Shown here one piece after another: positions 1 to 17,693 of a stretch of 64,000 nt of DNA (positions within the stretch are counted from its first letter, which is position 1; each line of letters opens with the position of its first letter). Position numbers and translations under genes: made by a program. This DNA is from Scenedesmus sp. PABB004 (taxonomy: Eukaryota): NCBI GenBank assembly GCA_014905635.1, contig JABVCE010000019.1, forward strand, positions 434,001 through 498,000. Direction: 5' to 3'. Below the pieces are notes generated by a model. The model was not told where the DNA came from, made no database searches, and saw only the letters and a list, made by a program, of their open reading frames with translations.

Positions 1-466
1 GCGCGGGCGTGGCGGTGATGGTGCTGTTGGCGACCGACCAGGCACACATGACAAAACGCTGCAGCGCCAGCCCGGGCACGCCTTCGACCGGCATGCCCAG
101 CGGGTTGCCGGGCGCGCGCGCGGCGTAGGTGAAGCCGACCGGCGCCGGCATGCTCGTGGCGTTCGCGGCCGCCGGCGCCGGAGCCGGCGCCGGAGCCGGC
201 GCCGGAGCCGGCGCCGGCGGCGGCGGCGGCGCGCCGGCGCTGCCTCCGCCAGCCGCGGGCGCCGGCGAGGCCGGCGCGCGGAGCAGGCTGCCGGCGCTGC
301 CCGCCTCCAGCTGCCACCGCGCCGAGCCGGGCGCGATGGAGACGCTCCAGTCGCCAGCAAGGGTCAGCGGCGCGACCGCTGCCGCCGAGGCGCGCCGCAC
401 GCTGCCGCCGACCGCCGCGAGCAGCAGCGCCGCCAGGAGGGGGCAGCGCCTCTTTGGCGCCGCCAT
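1..466 (-). CDS. Hypothetical secreted protein (5' part; runs off left edge)
   Basis: ATG at 466 in gccATG context opens a frame MAAPKRRCPLLAALLLAAVGGSVRRASAAA.. (signal-peptide-like) with a Pro/Ala linker, and no stop before position 1. Absent from the ORF track because it has no stop. Confidence 0.6.
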   Translation of the reverse strand, partial: MAAPKRRCPLLAALLLAAVGGSVRRASAAAVAPLTLAGDWSVSIAPGSARWQLEAGSAGSLLRAPASPAPAAGGGSAGAPPPPPAPAPAPAPAPAPAPAAANATSMPAPVGFTYAARAPGNPLGMPVEGVPGLALQRFVMCAWSVANSTITATPA

Positions 467-874
467 GGCGTCGGTGCGCCCCTCACAGCCTGCGGGGGCG
501 CGCGACGGGCACGGCGCATTCCAGCTGCTGCCTGCTCCGCCGCGCGAGTGCGGGGGCGCGGCGCCCCCCGCGACACGCGTGCAAATGCAGATCGCACCTC
601 TCACCTCCGCATCCGCGTTCGGGCGCGCGCTGCAGCGCAACAGGCTGTGGGGTCGCGGTGGAGCGCGCTGGAGGGCGCGCGCGGCTCGTCCGGGTGGGAG
701 CGATTGAGGGCCGCGCAGCAGTGACGAGGGCGGGCGGGCGGGCGCTGCTGCGCGCACTCGCGCGGCGGCGCTTCTGCGGAGCGACGCGGCGCGCGGCGAG
801 CCCTGCCGCCGGCTTTTCTAACCGCGTTGCCCTTGCGCGGTGTCAGAGCGACTGAGCCCAGTCCCCGGTGCCCG

Positions 875-3800
875 TCACGCGCAGCCGAGGGCGTGTAGCA
901 GGAACGCGCACTTCTCGGCGCGCGCCGCGAGCCGCGCGCCGCCGCCGCTCGCGCCGCCATGCCCCGCCGCGAGGTCGGTGCGCAGCAGCACCGGCGCGCC
1001 GCCGCGCGGCCCGCCGCCGCCCGCGGCGCGCAGCGCGGCGACGAACTTGGCGGGGCCCCAGTACGGCACGCGGTGGTCGGCGAGGCTCGCCGTCACGAGG
1101 AGCGCCGGGTATCTCGACGCCGCCGCCGCGGCGTCCCCGCCCGCGTCACCGCCCGCGTCGCCGCCGCCGGCGCCGGCGCCGCGTCGGCCGTCGCCCAGGC
1201 CCACCGCCGGCGGCAGGTTGGCGTAGGGATCGTACGCCGCGATGCACCGCCGCGCCGCCTGCGCGGTTCAGGGTTCAGGCGGAGGGGGGCGGCGTCGGGC
1301 GTCGGGCGCGGCCGCGAGGGCGCCGCTGAGAGCGCGCAGGGGGGCCGCCGCGCGCCGACGACGCAGCGCCCCCACCCGCCGCCCCACCTCGTCCGCCAGC
1401 GGGTCGCCCCACTCGCGCCGCTCCTGCGGCGCACGCGGCGGCGCGCGGGCGGCTCGGGCGCCGCGCCGCGCGGCGCGCCTCCCCGCCCCTCGGCCGCCCT
1501 GAACCTCAACGCCCCTGAGCCCCAAGGGCTCAGACCCTAAACCCTTTAGACCCGTGCGCCCTCCTGCGCCGCACCTTGACTGTGAGGGGCAGGGATGGGT
1601 CGGTCATTGCTCCCAGCACATCCAGGAAGGGAACGTCGAGCACCGCGGCGCCGGCCCACCCCGGCGCGGCGCCGAGCGCGCCGCCGAGCGCGAGCCCGCC
1701 CGCGGAGCGGCCCCACGCGGCGAGGCGCGCCGGCCGCGTGTAGGCCGTGCGCCCGGCGCCGCCGGAGGCGCAGAGGTGCGCCGCGGCGGCGCGCACGTCG
1801 TCGAACGTGCGGGGCTTGCGCCGGCGCGCGCCGGCCGCGTGCCACGCCGCGCCGAGCTCACCGCCGCCGCGCACGTGTGCGGTCGCGAGCACCACGCCCC
1901 GGTCGAGCAGCGCCAGGTCGGCGGGGGCAAAGCCGGGCCACTGGACTGAGCCATAGGCACCGTACCTGCGCCGCGCGGTGCGGGCAGTGCGGCGGTGCGG
2001 GCAGTCGCGGCGGCGGCGGCGGCGGCGCCTTGAGCCCCCCGGGCAGGCGGCGAGCCCCCGGCGCAGGTCATGCCGCCCGCAGCTGCGCCGCAGCGCGCGC
2101 CCGCGCGGCCGCAGCGGCTGGCGGCCCGCCCACTCTGGGCGGCGCAGCCGCGCGCGTAGGGGGTTGCTCACGCGTGCAGGATCGCCGGGTTGCTGCCGTC
2201 GCCGGCGAGGCGGTCGCGCCGGAACGCCACGCTGACCGGCACCGCCGTGCCGTCGGCGCTGTCCGCCCACTCCAGCCGCGCCGCGTAGCGCCCGGGCGCC
2301 CAGCCGGGCACCTCCTCCTGGTAGACCTGAGGCGGTGCAGGAGGGAGAGCGGCGGCGCAGGGGGGGAGGCGTGACGGGAGGGCGCGGCGGCGCGCGCGGC
2401 GGTGGGGCAGCGCACGGCGCGCCGCGTGCCGGCCCCACCTGCACGGCCCGCCGGCTGCGCAGGTCCACCCAGACCTGCGCCGACGGCTGCGCCGCGCCGC
2501 TCAGCCCGACGGCGAGCCAGGCCGCGCCGTCCGCGCCGGCTGTCACGCCCTCAAGGTCGAGGGTGAGCGTTGGATCGTCCGCCCGCAGCACCCAGGCCAG
2601 CCGCGCGCGCCCGCACGGCCCCGCGGCGTCCGGCAGCGTCACGGTCGCGCCAGCAGCGCCGCCGCCGCGCTCGGCTGCCGCGCCGCCGCCCTCGCCCTCG
2701 CCGCCGCCGGTCTGCAGCAGGACCAGCGGGACGGTCACGTGCCCCGGCGCGGCGGCGCCGCCCGCTGGGTTTAGGCTGGCGCGAGCGCCCGCGCCGCGCG
2801 GCGCGTGCGGGCCGAGGGCGAAGACCTCGACCGCGCTCACGGCGCGGCGCCGCACCGCGACGGCGAGGAAGCCGGCGCACAGCCGGAAGTCAAGAATCTG
2901 CACTGCATCTGCCGGCGGCCCGGCAGCGCCCCCCACCGCGCCCCGCCCGGCCGGCGCGGCGGCGAGGTCGCCGTCGCCGTCGCTGCTGCTGCCGCTGCTG
3001 CTGCCGCTGCTGCTGTCGCTGCTGCCGCCGCCGGCGCGGGGCGTCGTGTTGCGCACCAAAACCTGCATGCATTCACGGCTGCTGCTGCCGCCATCGCCGC
3101 TGCTGCCGCTGCTGCCGCTGCGGTCGTCACCGACGATGGCCCTGTCGCCCGCGGCCGCCGGCGCGGCGCGCAGGAGCACCAGCTCCCCGTCCGGCGCGTC
3201 GTCTGCATCCACCAGGGCCACAAACCAGGGGCCTCCCTCTGCGCCGTCGCCGCTGCTGGTGCTGCTGCTGCCGCTGCTGCTGCCCAGGTGGTCAACGGCC
3301 AGCACGTCGACTTCGTCGTCAGGCGAGACCACCAGCAGCCATGCGTCACGCGGCGCCGCGAGCCCCCCGCCGCCGTCGAGCCGCAGCGGCAGGTGCGTCG
3401 GCAGCGCCTGCACCTGCGCCGCACCCTGCGCACGCACCGCAGGCGGCGGCCGCTCGTGTGTGAGTGGGCGGCGGCGCCGCGCGCGCGTGGCGCCCCGCGG
3501 CCCTGTCTCTCCCGGGCGGACTGGCCGGCCGGCGCTCACGTCGACGCTCGAGCTCAGTATCAGGTAGCGCCGGTCCGAGCTGAGTTTGAAACTCAGCCCC
3601 GCCTCGCCCGGCCCCGGCTCATACAGCGTAACGGGCGCCACGGGGGGCGCGGCGCGCCCCGGGGCGCCGCCAGAATTCAGCGCCAGGGCGCGCAGCACTG
3701 TGCGGCTGCGGTCGGGCACCGTGTCGTCCTGTGGCGGCGGCGCGCACGCGGCGTGGCGCGGCGGGCGGCGCAGGCTCGGCGCAGCGAGCCCCGTGCGTCG

Positions 3801-4897
3801 TGGGGCCGAGCACAGTGCTTGCGCCCCTGGGCCATCACGACCAGCAGCAGGGCAGCACTAGCGCGAGCAGCAGCGCTGCTGGCCGCACCTCGGCCAGGAA
3901 CAGCAGCGTGTCGCTGCCGTCGCCCCACCACGCGACGCTGCCCTCGCAGCCGGGCAGCGGCGCCGGCAGCAGCGGCGCCTGCGTCGCGATGTCCACGACC
4001 TGGCGGCCGGACGACGCAGCGGCGGCGGCGGCGGCGCCCCGTCGTGCGTGCGCCGGTGCCGGCGCCGTGTCAAAACCCCGCAGCCCTGGAAGCCCCGGAT
4101 CCCGGCGCCGCCGCGCCTGCAGGGCGAAGGCCTCGTCGCCGCGCGTGTCAAACGCGTACGCCGCGGCGCGGCTGTCGGGCGAGACGGCGGGCGCGGCGGC
4201 GGTATCCCAGAACTCACGCCCCGCCGACAGCGCGTTCTCGTCCAGGACCACCTCCCAGGCGGGCGCCTCGCCGCCGCTGCCGCTGGCGCCGTCTGCGGCG
4301 GCGCCCGCGACGGCGGCCGCGACCGCGGCCGCGAGGCAGCGCGGCGACGCCGGCAGCGCGGACCGCAGCGTCGCCCAGTACTGCTCGCCCGCGGCGCGGC
4401 GGCGGAGGTACACCGCGCCGCCGGCCACGCGCGGCGCGCCCAGCTCGACGTCCGGCACCGCGGCGTCCATCTGCGCCGGCCGCGCGGTGGAGGCGGTGGC
4501 GGCGGCAGGCAGCCAGGGTCAGGGTGGCGGCGCCGCGGCAGGGCGCCAGCCAGGGCGCCAGCGGCGGCGGCGTCACTCGAGCCAGCGCGGGGCGGGCGGC
4601 GCGCGCCTCGTCGGCGAGCGCGTCGATCAGCGGTTCCAGGCGGTCCAGGTAGGCGTCGGCGTACGCGTTCTCGGCGCGCAGGTAGGCGATCACCTCCGGG
4701 TCGCGCCGTGCGTTGTCGCGCAGCCTGGCGAGCAGCGGCGGCGCGCCGGTCGGGCAGCCTGGCAAGCAGCGCGAACGGTCGGCGCGGTCGCGAACAACGC
4801 ACCAGGCATAAGGGTCCGGTCCCGGCGTGCGCTTGGCGACGGGCGGCGCGGGCAGGCCGCCGAGCGCCGCCGGCAGTAGCGCCGCCGGCGGCGGCAT
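875..4897 (-). CDS. Prolyl oligopeptidase family S9A, oligopeptidase B/protease II-like (multi-exon)
   Basis: PPVAKR..DPYAW|LRD..DPEVIAYLRAENAY N-terminus, YGAYG, HVRGGGELG, nucleophile GRSAGG, DVPFLDVL, DHRVPYW (Asp) and AGHGG (His). Exons join at GT/GC-AG sites. Confidence 0.9.
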
Positions 4898-5029
4898 CGG
4901 CGCGGCACCTTGCCGCGGGCGCGGCGTCGGCGGCAGGACGGGCGGGCTGCGGCGCGCTCTGCCCGGGCCTCTGCTGCCCCGGTCGACTGCGGGCGTTGCT
5001 GCGCTCGAGCCGCGACGAGGGTTCAGCGC

Positions 5030-8000
5030 TCAGCACCACCCGGCCTCGCCCATCGGCACGCGCGCGCACTCGCGCAACGCGCCCGCCTGCGCCGCCATCG
5101 CGGCGCGCACGCGCGCGCCGCGCGCGTCGCCCTCGCCCTCGCCCTCGCCCTCGCCCTCGCCCTCGCCCTCGCCCTCGCCCTCGCCCTCGCCCTCGCCCTC
5201 GCCCCCGCCGCCGCCGCGCGCGTTGGCCGGCGCCGTGAAGTAGGCGTGACGCAGCGCCTGCGCCGCGGTGGGCCGCCGCACCGGCTCCCACTCCAGCAGG
5301 CGCTGCAGCAGGCGCAGCGCGAGCGGGCCCTCCAGCCCCACGCCCAGCGGGTCGCGGTCAGCGATCGCGCGCAGCAGCGCCTCGTCGCTGCAGCTCCACG
5401 GCAGCGGCGGCGCGGCGCGGCCGCCGCTGCTCGCGCCGCCGCCGCGGCCGGCGCGCGGCGCCGCCTGCGCGGGCGGCGGGCGACGGCGACGGCGTGCGTC
5501 GGCGCCGCGCCTCGCCCAGCGCCGCGGGCGCGGGTCAAGCCGCCCAACCCGTCGGGCGCGCCCGCACGCTGCGCCCCGGCCCTGCTCTCTACCTAAACCC
5601 TAAAACCTCCGCCCTGCCCTAAACCCACCCGGGGCGGGTAGATGCACAGCTCCATGAGGCCGCGCAGCACGTACAGCAGCTGCCGCTCGCCGGCGGGGCG
5701 CCCCGCGAGCGCGAGGCGGCGGTCGAGCGCGGCGCGCGTGGCGGGGCTCGGCGCAAAGACTGCGGGCGAGCCGAGGACGAGCTCGAGCATCACCACGCCG
5801 GCGCTCCAGGCGTCGTACGCGTGAAGCAGCACGCCGCCAGCGCCGCCTGCGCCGGGCACGAGCGGGTGCCGGTACCTGGCCGTGGCAAGCGCCGTGGGCC
5901 GCAGCGGCGCGGCGGCGCGGCGGCGGGGGCGCTTGAGCACGGCTGAGGCGGCGGTGGCGCAGGCGCCGCGCCGGCCGGGCGGCGCCGCGCCGCGCCGTGC
6001 GACGCACTCGCTCGCAAACAGGACCTCTGGTGGCGCGTATTCCAGGGTCAGCTCGCCCAGCCCCGGCCCGCCGCCGCGCTCCGGCGCGCCATAGAGGCCT
6101 TGGGAAGGGGGAGCGGAGCGGAGGGGAGCAGGAGGGGGGAACCGGAGGGGGCACGGTGTGCGTGCACGCATGGTGGGGAGGCGCGGCGCGGCACGGCACG
6201 GCGCGTGCGGCCGGCGGCCGCGCCGGGCGCGGCGCGCGCGCGTGGCGTAAACTCACCGGCGTCGAGGCTACCCCGGTCGAGGGCGGAGCCGAAATCAATG
6301 AGGCGAAGGTGCAGCGACAGCGGGTGCGGCGGGTGCAGCGCGCCGCCGCCGCCGCCGCCGCCGCCGCCGTCGTCGCCGCCGCCGCCGCCGCTGTCGTTGC
6401 CGGCCTGCTGCCACGGCCCCGGCAGCAGCGACGCCACGAGGAGGTTCTCCGGCTTGACGTCACGGTGGCTCACGCCCGCGTCCTGGAGCGCCGCGAGGCC
6501 GCCGAGCAGCTGCCGCGCCGCCGACGCGATAAACGCGTGGCCCCCCGCCGAGCGTCGCGCCGCGCGCCACCAGCGGCTCGCGCCGACGACGGAGAGGCCG
6601 CCGCCGGCGCCGCTGCCGCTGCTGCCGCTGCCGCCGTCGCCGCTGCCGCTGCCGCCGCCAGTATCGCCGCCGCCGCCGCCGCCGCCGCCGGTGCCGCCGC
6701 TCCCGCCGTCGCTGCCGCTGCCGCTGCGGCTTTCGTCGCAGCCGTCGGCGCCGCCTGAGCCCGCGATTGGCTCATACATCAGGCTGTGCAGCGAGCGGCC
6801 CTCGTTCTGCGGCGGGCCGGGGGCGGGGCAGGGCGGGGAGGGAGTGAGCTCTCTCCCTTGCACCCCTGATCCCCCTCAGGGCTCAGCCCGCCGCCCCCTA
6901 AACCCTGGCACACAGACCTGGAAGACCAGCCACACGTCGCCGCCGGGCGGCGTGGTGAAGCCCTCCACAAAGCGCCCCAGGTGCGCGTGCCCCGCGAGCG
7001 CGGGCGCCACCGCCGCGTCGGCGCCGCCTCCCCCGGCCGACGGCGACGGCCGGCCGGCCGCGCCGCGCGCCGCGCCGAGCCCCGCCTCCAGCGCGGCGCG
7101 GCGGTCGCGGAGCAGCCGACCAAAGTAGGCCTCGCGCAGCGCGGAGCGCCGCACCGCGCCGCCGCGCGCGCCCGACACGCGCTTGATGACCAGGCCTGCC
7201 TCGCCGGGCGGGGAGCCGCCGTCCTCCCCGCGCTGCTGCCGCGGCTGCTGCGCCGCCCCCCTGCCGAGCGCCGTGGCCGACCAGACCTCGCCAAACTGGC
7301 CGCGGCCAAACTGGCGGCCGAGGCGGTAGCGGCCGTCCGGCGCGCCGGGCGCGAGCGCCTCGCGCAGCAGCAGCACCGTGCCGAGGGCCGGCGGCGCGCC
7401 GCCGTCGCCGCGGCAGCGGCAGCGGCGGGCTCGCTCGCACCAGGAGGAGGCGCGGGGCGCCGCACCAGCAGGCTGCGGCCACGCTCCAGCCGCTTGCGCA
7501 CGGCGGCGAGCAGGCGCGAGCTGAGCGCAGCGCTCGGCGGCAGTGCTGGCGCTCGGTCATGCGCTGCAGGCGCCGGCAACTGCGGGAGCGACTGCTCCGC
7601 CCCGGCCGCCGGCGAGGCGGCAGCCGGCGCAGTGGCCGGCGCGGCGGAGCCGAGCGCCTGGTGCGGCTGCTGCAGCGGCACCGCCGCGAGCGCCGCCACC
7701 ACCGCCGCGAGGCCTCCGCCGCCCGGCGCCAGCGCGGCGCCCGGCTCAGCGGCAGCGCCAGCGAGGCAGGCCGACAGGAAGCCGCGCCCGCTGGCGCTGC
7801 CGCCAGTGCTGCTGGCGCCGCCGGCGTCGCAGTCACTGCCGCCGGATGGCTCGCTGCCGGCCGGCAGCGCCTGGCGGGCACTGGCGCCCCCAGGGCGCTG
7901 CTCCGCTGCCGGCGCGCCGCCGCTGGCAGCAGCAGGTGCTAGCATCAGGCACAGCTCCTCGCGTGCCGCCGCAGCGCCAGAGCCGCCATGCCCGCCCAGC

Positions 8001-11000
8001 AGCAGCAGCAGGCTCTCGGGCGCCATGTGCCTGGCGGTGCAGGGCAGGGCGGGGCGGGTGAGCAGCTTGCGGGGCCGGGGGCACCTGTCACTTCCAGCCT
8101 GCGTGCACCCGCCGCCACTGCGCCGCAGCGCGGCGCGCCGCCCAACACCTGGCGACGCTTTGCTCATGCTCCGCCGCCACGTCCACGCCCAGCAGGGGGT
8201 GCACGTGCACGTGGCTGAGCGCGCCCGACGCCGCCGGCGCCAGGCGACGCTGCAGTGCGTACTGGCGCGCCTGCGGCTCCGCCGCCGCGCCCGCCGCGGG
8301 CGCCGGCGCCGCGCCGCCGGGCCCGCACACCAGCGTAGCGCCCGGGGCGACCGCCGTGGCGCTGCCCTCGGCCTGCGGCGGCCCGCCGCGTGCGGGCGCG
8401 ACCGGCGCCAGCCGCTGCAGCGCCGAGCCGCCGCGCGGCTGGCCGGCGACCGCGGGCTCGCGTGCGCCCGGCGGCGCTGCGTCGGTCGCCTGCGGCTGCG
8501 GCTGCGGCGCAGCCAGCTGGCACTGCGGCAGGCGCAGCAGCGCAAGGGCGCTGCGCTCCCACTCGGACGCGGCGGCCTCGTCGGCCTCGCAGCCGCCGCC
8601 GCCGCGAGCCTCGCGGGGCGGCTCGCCCGCCCCGCCGTGCGACAGGCCCGCTGGCGCGCCGCGATCCGCGCTGGGGCTGCCGTCCGCAATACTGTGCGCG
8701 CTGCCGTGCGCTCCGGGGACGCCACTGCCTGCCTCCTCAGCAGCGGGGCAGCTTGGCTCTGCCCGCCACTCGCGCACCGCCGTGCTGGCGCCGCCGCTGC
8801 CGCCGCCGCCGGCCGCCGCGGCCGGCGCCGCCCGGCGCCAGAGGTGCGCGATCGGCCAGCGCCAGCGCCAGAGCCCGGCGCCGCTCTGGTTCGTCGTCGC
8901 TGCTGCAGCCGCCGCCGCCGCCGCTGCTGCCGCCGCCGTCTCGCGCACGTCCAGCACTGCAACGGCCAAGTTATCCATCGACATGCTGCGGCGGCGGCGG
9001 CGATGGTGGGCGTGCACGGTCGGCAGCGGCCGGCGAGGACGGACGCGGGGACGGGCGCGCGGCGCGCCGCGGGGGCGGGCGCCCGGCCTGACCCGCGGCG
9101 GCACGCGTGGGCCGCGCCTCCCTGCCGCACCGGTTATAAGCCTCGTTCACCAGCCGCAGCGCGACCGCCTGCGCGAGCGTGTACGGCGCCATGACGCCCC
9201 GCGGGCGGCGGCAAAAGGCGTAGGTCGGGTCGGGCCCCGCCGACTCGTCCGTCCAGTCGCCCTCCTCGCCCTCCTCGCCCTCCTGCTCCTCTGCCGGCTC
9301 CTCCTGTGCGTCCACGCCGGCGTCGGCGTCCTCCCAGTCGCACTGGCCAGCGCCGGCGTCGTCCGCCGCGGCCGCCGCCGTGCGGCACACGGGCAGCGCG
9401 GCGTCGCCGCCGTCGCTGCCGTCGCCGTCGCCTGCGCCCGGCGGGCGCTGCCGCGCGAGCTCGCCGCCGGCGCCGCCGCCGCTGGCGCTCGCCTCGCGCG
9501 CCGCGCGGCGCGCCGCCGCGCGCGCGAGCCGCGCGCCGCGCGCCCGCGCCCGCTGTGCCAGCAGCGCGGCGGCGGCGTCGAATGCCTCGGCGTCGGCCGC
9601 CGCCTCCGCCTGCTGCTCCGGGGTGCAGTCGCAGCAGCCGTGCAGCGCGGCGCCGCCGCCGCCGCGCCAGCGCGGCACGCCGCCGCCGCGGCGCGCCTCG
9701 CCGGGCAGCGCGAGCGGCGGCGGCGCCGGCAGCGCGGCGCGCGGCGCGGCCGCGCCCGCCCACGCCGCCCACGCGTGCGCGCAGAGCTCGCCCGGCGCCA
9801 GCGCCTCAACCACGCCATCACTGACCAGCAGAATAAACGCGTCGCCGGCGCGCAGCGTCCGCGCCGTGAACTCCGGCTCGGCCACCACGCCGTCGGCGGC
9901 GTAGCCGAGGTCGCCAAACGCGCGCGTGACCTCCAGCTCGCCGCGCACGCGCGGCCGGCCGGCCGGCGCCGCGGGGCTCAGAAACACGGCGCCGCCCGCC
10001 GACGCGACGCGCGCGGCCTCGTCGGCGCGGTCCGGCGTGTGGTCGGCGCTCAGCGCCACCGCGGACAGCGGCCGGCGCGGCGCCTGCGCCGGCGCGGCGC
10101 GCACGGGCGGCCGCGCCGCGCAGCAGCGGCCTGCCGTCTGCTGCTGCTCGTCGCCGCCGGCGGACGCGGCGGGGGGGCGCCGGTACGTGTGGACCGCGCC
10201 GCCGGCGCGGCCGCCACCGGCCGGCAGGGCGCCGCCGCCGGCCTGCCGCCACAGCGCGACCAGCGCGCCGCCGCGCGCCGGCGCCGCGCCCGCGGCCACC
10301 GCCGCGCCACCCCTGCCGCCGCCGCCGCCGCCGCCGCCGTCCCCTCCGGGGCTCGACGTGCACAGGATGGCGCGCGAGTTGCCAACGTTGCCCACCAGCA
10401 GCTCCGCGCCGGCGAGCATCGCAAACACCGCGGTCGAGCCGGCGTCGCCGTCCCCCGCGCCGCCCGCGCCACCCTGCGCCGCCGCGTCCGGGGCCGCCGC
10501 CGCCGCTGCCTGGCGTGCCGCGGCCGCGGCGCCCAGGATGTCGGCGTTGAGCGCCGCCGCCGCGGCGGCCACGTCGGCGCGCAGCGCCGCGCCGTGCAGC
10601 GAGCAGTCGCGCCGCCACGCGGCGGCCGCCGCCGCCGCGAGCGCGGGGTGCAGCCACGCCGCCAGCGCGTCGCACGCCGCGGCGCCGTCGTGACCGTCAT
10701 ACACTGCGGCGCGGCCGCGGCGGGCGCGGCGGTTGGCGGTTGCGCGCGGGCGGTGCCCGGCGGGCCCCTGCTGCGCGACTGCGGCGCGCCCGCGCCCGCG
10801 CCCCCGCCGCTGCCGCACCCGCCGCGATCGTGAGGTTGGCCGCGCCGCAGCGCCGCCCGTCGCCCGGGAGCGGGCCCGCGGCGTGCAGCAGCGCGCGGTC
10901 CTCCATCGCGAGCCGCCGCCCCAGGCGCAGCGCCGTCGCGCCGACGAGCGCCGGCAGGCCCAGCTCTGGCGGCGGCGGCGGGGCGCCGCCGCCCCGGCCA

Positions 11001-11094
11001 GCAGCCAGGCGAGCAGCGCGGCGCCGGCGACCAGCAGCAGCGCGGCGCGGCGCCGCGCGCCGCGCGGCCGCGGCCGCGGCCGCTGCGGCGCCAT
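5030..11094 (-). CDS. PP2C phosphatase - Ser/Thr kinase fusion with N-terminal hydrophobic segment (multi-exon)
   Basis: PP2C motifs GRRLAMED, VYDGH, GSTA, NVGNSRA, DHTP, VTRAFGD, SDGV, SMDN. Kinase motifs FGRGQFGEVW, VIKR, HRDVKPEN, IDFGSA, TLEYAPPE, YDAWS, RRPTAAQALRHAYF. Apparent 1-nt frameshift near 10980. Confidence 0.85.
5129..5200. repeat. (GCCCTC)n hexamer repeat encoding (GE)n
   Basis: About 12 tandem GCCCTC units in the last exon of the kinase fusion. Confidence 0.9.
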
Positions 11095-11409
11095 CGGCGT
11101 CGCTCGCTCGCCGCGCTCTGCGCCGCGGCGGCGGCCGGGAGGCGGCGGGCCGCTGGCGGCGCACCCGCTGCCGCGCTCAAACCTGCGCCGCCGCGGCGCA
11201 CGGCGAGGGCGCAGGCGGCAGCGGCCGGCGCGTGCGAGACGGGGAGCGGTAACGATCACGTCCTTCCGCGCCCACGCCCTGGCCCACCGACGCCGAACGC
11301 CCACGCCCGCCCGCGCCCGCCACCCGCCAGGCCGCGCCCAGCCTCCATCGCCGCGCCCGACGTCACACCGCGCGCACGCCCTCGACGCAATTGGGGGCAC
11401 GCCGCAGCC

Positions 11410-12739
11410 ATGCGCGCCGCACAGCCGCGCGCAGGGGCCTGCATGCGCGGCAGCAGCAGCAGCAGCAGCAGCGCCCGCCAGGCAGGCCACGCGCTGCCGC
11501 GGCGGCCCCAGCGCCAGCTGGTGGCGCAGGTGCGCGCGCGCCGCGCCGCGTGGCCGGCACGCCCCAGCAACGGCCGCGCAAGCGCCGCCGCCCGCGCTGC
11601 CGCGCCGCAGTGCCGCGCGATGAGCAGTCCGGCGGCGCAGAAGGTCTCCGACCTGCCCGCCAGCCTGCAGAAGATCGTGGGCTCGTTCCAGATGGTGCGC
11701 GCGGCGCCACGGGCGCGGCGCCGCGACTGCGCCGCCGCCCGCGCCGGGGGTTGCGAGGCCAGCTGAGCGAGGCCAGCTGACGAGCCCCCCCTTGAACCCT
11801 CGGACCCTCAAAACTCCAGGTCCCCGACCCCATGGCGCGCTACAAGCAGCTGCTCTTCTTCGCGGCCAAGCTGCCGCCGATGCCTGCGGAGCAGCACGCG
11901 CCGGAGAACAAGGTCGAGGGCTGCGTCTCGCAGGTGCCGCCGCCGCGTCACGCCGCCGCTGCCACGCCGCCGCGGTCCGCCGCGCCGCTGCCGGGGGTGC
12001 CCCCCCCCCCCCCACACACACACACACACACGCCCCACCCACCCGCACAGCCCGCGGCCGCGCCTATCAACCCCAAACCCTGCGTGTGCGCGCCGCAGGT
12101 GTGGGTCGTCCCCGAGCTGCGGGGCGACGGCCGCGTCTACTGGGCCGCCGACAGCGACTCGCAGCTCACCAAGGGCCTCGCCGCGCTGCTCGTGCTCGGG
12201 CTCAGCGGCTGCACGCCCGCCGAGATCCTCGCCCTGCGTCCCGGCTTCATCGGTGCGCTGGCTGAAAGCAGACACCACGTGTCTGCTTTCGTCCGCCGCC
12301 GCCACCCGGCTGTCGCGGCGGCGCGCGGGGTGCTGCCCCCCCCCCTTCCTTTCCCCGTCCACCGCCCCGCGCTCCGCCCTCTCCCCGCGCGCCCGCGCCG
12401 CCGCCACAAACCCCAGAGCTGCTGGGCCTGCAGCAGAGCCTCACGCCGAGCCGCAACAACGGCTTCCTCAACATGTTCCTCAAGATGCAGAAGCTCACGC
12501 TCGGCCTCGCGGCAGCGGTGAGGAGGGTTTAGGGACCAGGGCCCAGGGTTTAGGTTCCAGGGCCCAGGGTTGTGGGTTGATGGTTTGAGGGCGCAGCGCC
12601 GAGCGCAGGGGGGGCCGAGCGGGGCCGCGGGCGCGCGAGGGACGCGGGGCGGGGCAGCGCGCGCCCGGCGCCCACGTGCCGCCGCCGCGCCGCGCCGCAG
12701 GCCTCCAGCAACGGCGGCGGCTCGCCGGGTGACGCGTGA
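11410..12739 (+). CDS. SUFE: SufE-like Fe-S cluster assembly protein, probably plastid-targeted (multi-exon)
   Basis: LPASLQKIVGSFQM|VPDPMARYKQLL, NKVEGCVSQ|VW (catalytic Cys), ADSDSQLTKGLAALL, LGLQQSLTPSRNNGFLNM. Ser/Arg/Ala-rich transit-like N-terminus; exact start uncertain. Confidence 0.9.
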
Positions 12740-13136
12740 GCAGTGGGGGCCGGTGGGCCGATGCGCCAGCTGCGAGCTGCGCGCCGCGGGGTTTCGCAGC
12801 CACGAGTGTTAACGACGCCGCGTGCAACGTGCTGTCTGGTGGCTGCCGCCGCCCGCCCGCGATCGCGGCCCGCCGCCTCCTGTCTATCGGTTGCAAGCAA
12901 GCACGCGCGCTCCACCCGCCCAAATGCCGCGCCGCCACAGCCGGTCCCTCGGTCCCTCGGTCCCTCGCCCCACGCCGGCGCGCCGTGCGCCCGCCGCCGC
13001 GCGCCCGCCGCGGCGACCGCGGCACAGCCCGCAGCTGCCGCCGCCCCGGGGCCCGGCCCAGCTGTCGAGCCGCCGGCCGAGAGCACCTCCTTGCGAGCGT
13101 GGTGGGTCCGCAGCGCGCACCAAGGCCCCCGCGCGG

Positions 13137-17693
<4,557 letters not shown>

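Noticed and set aside
7359..7465. Apparent frameshift or non-AG acceptor before the kinase domain
   Set aside because: Resolved by a phase-0 GT..GAG intron of ~107 nt.
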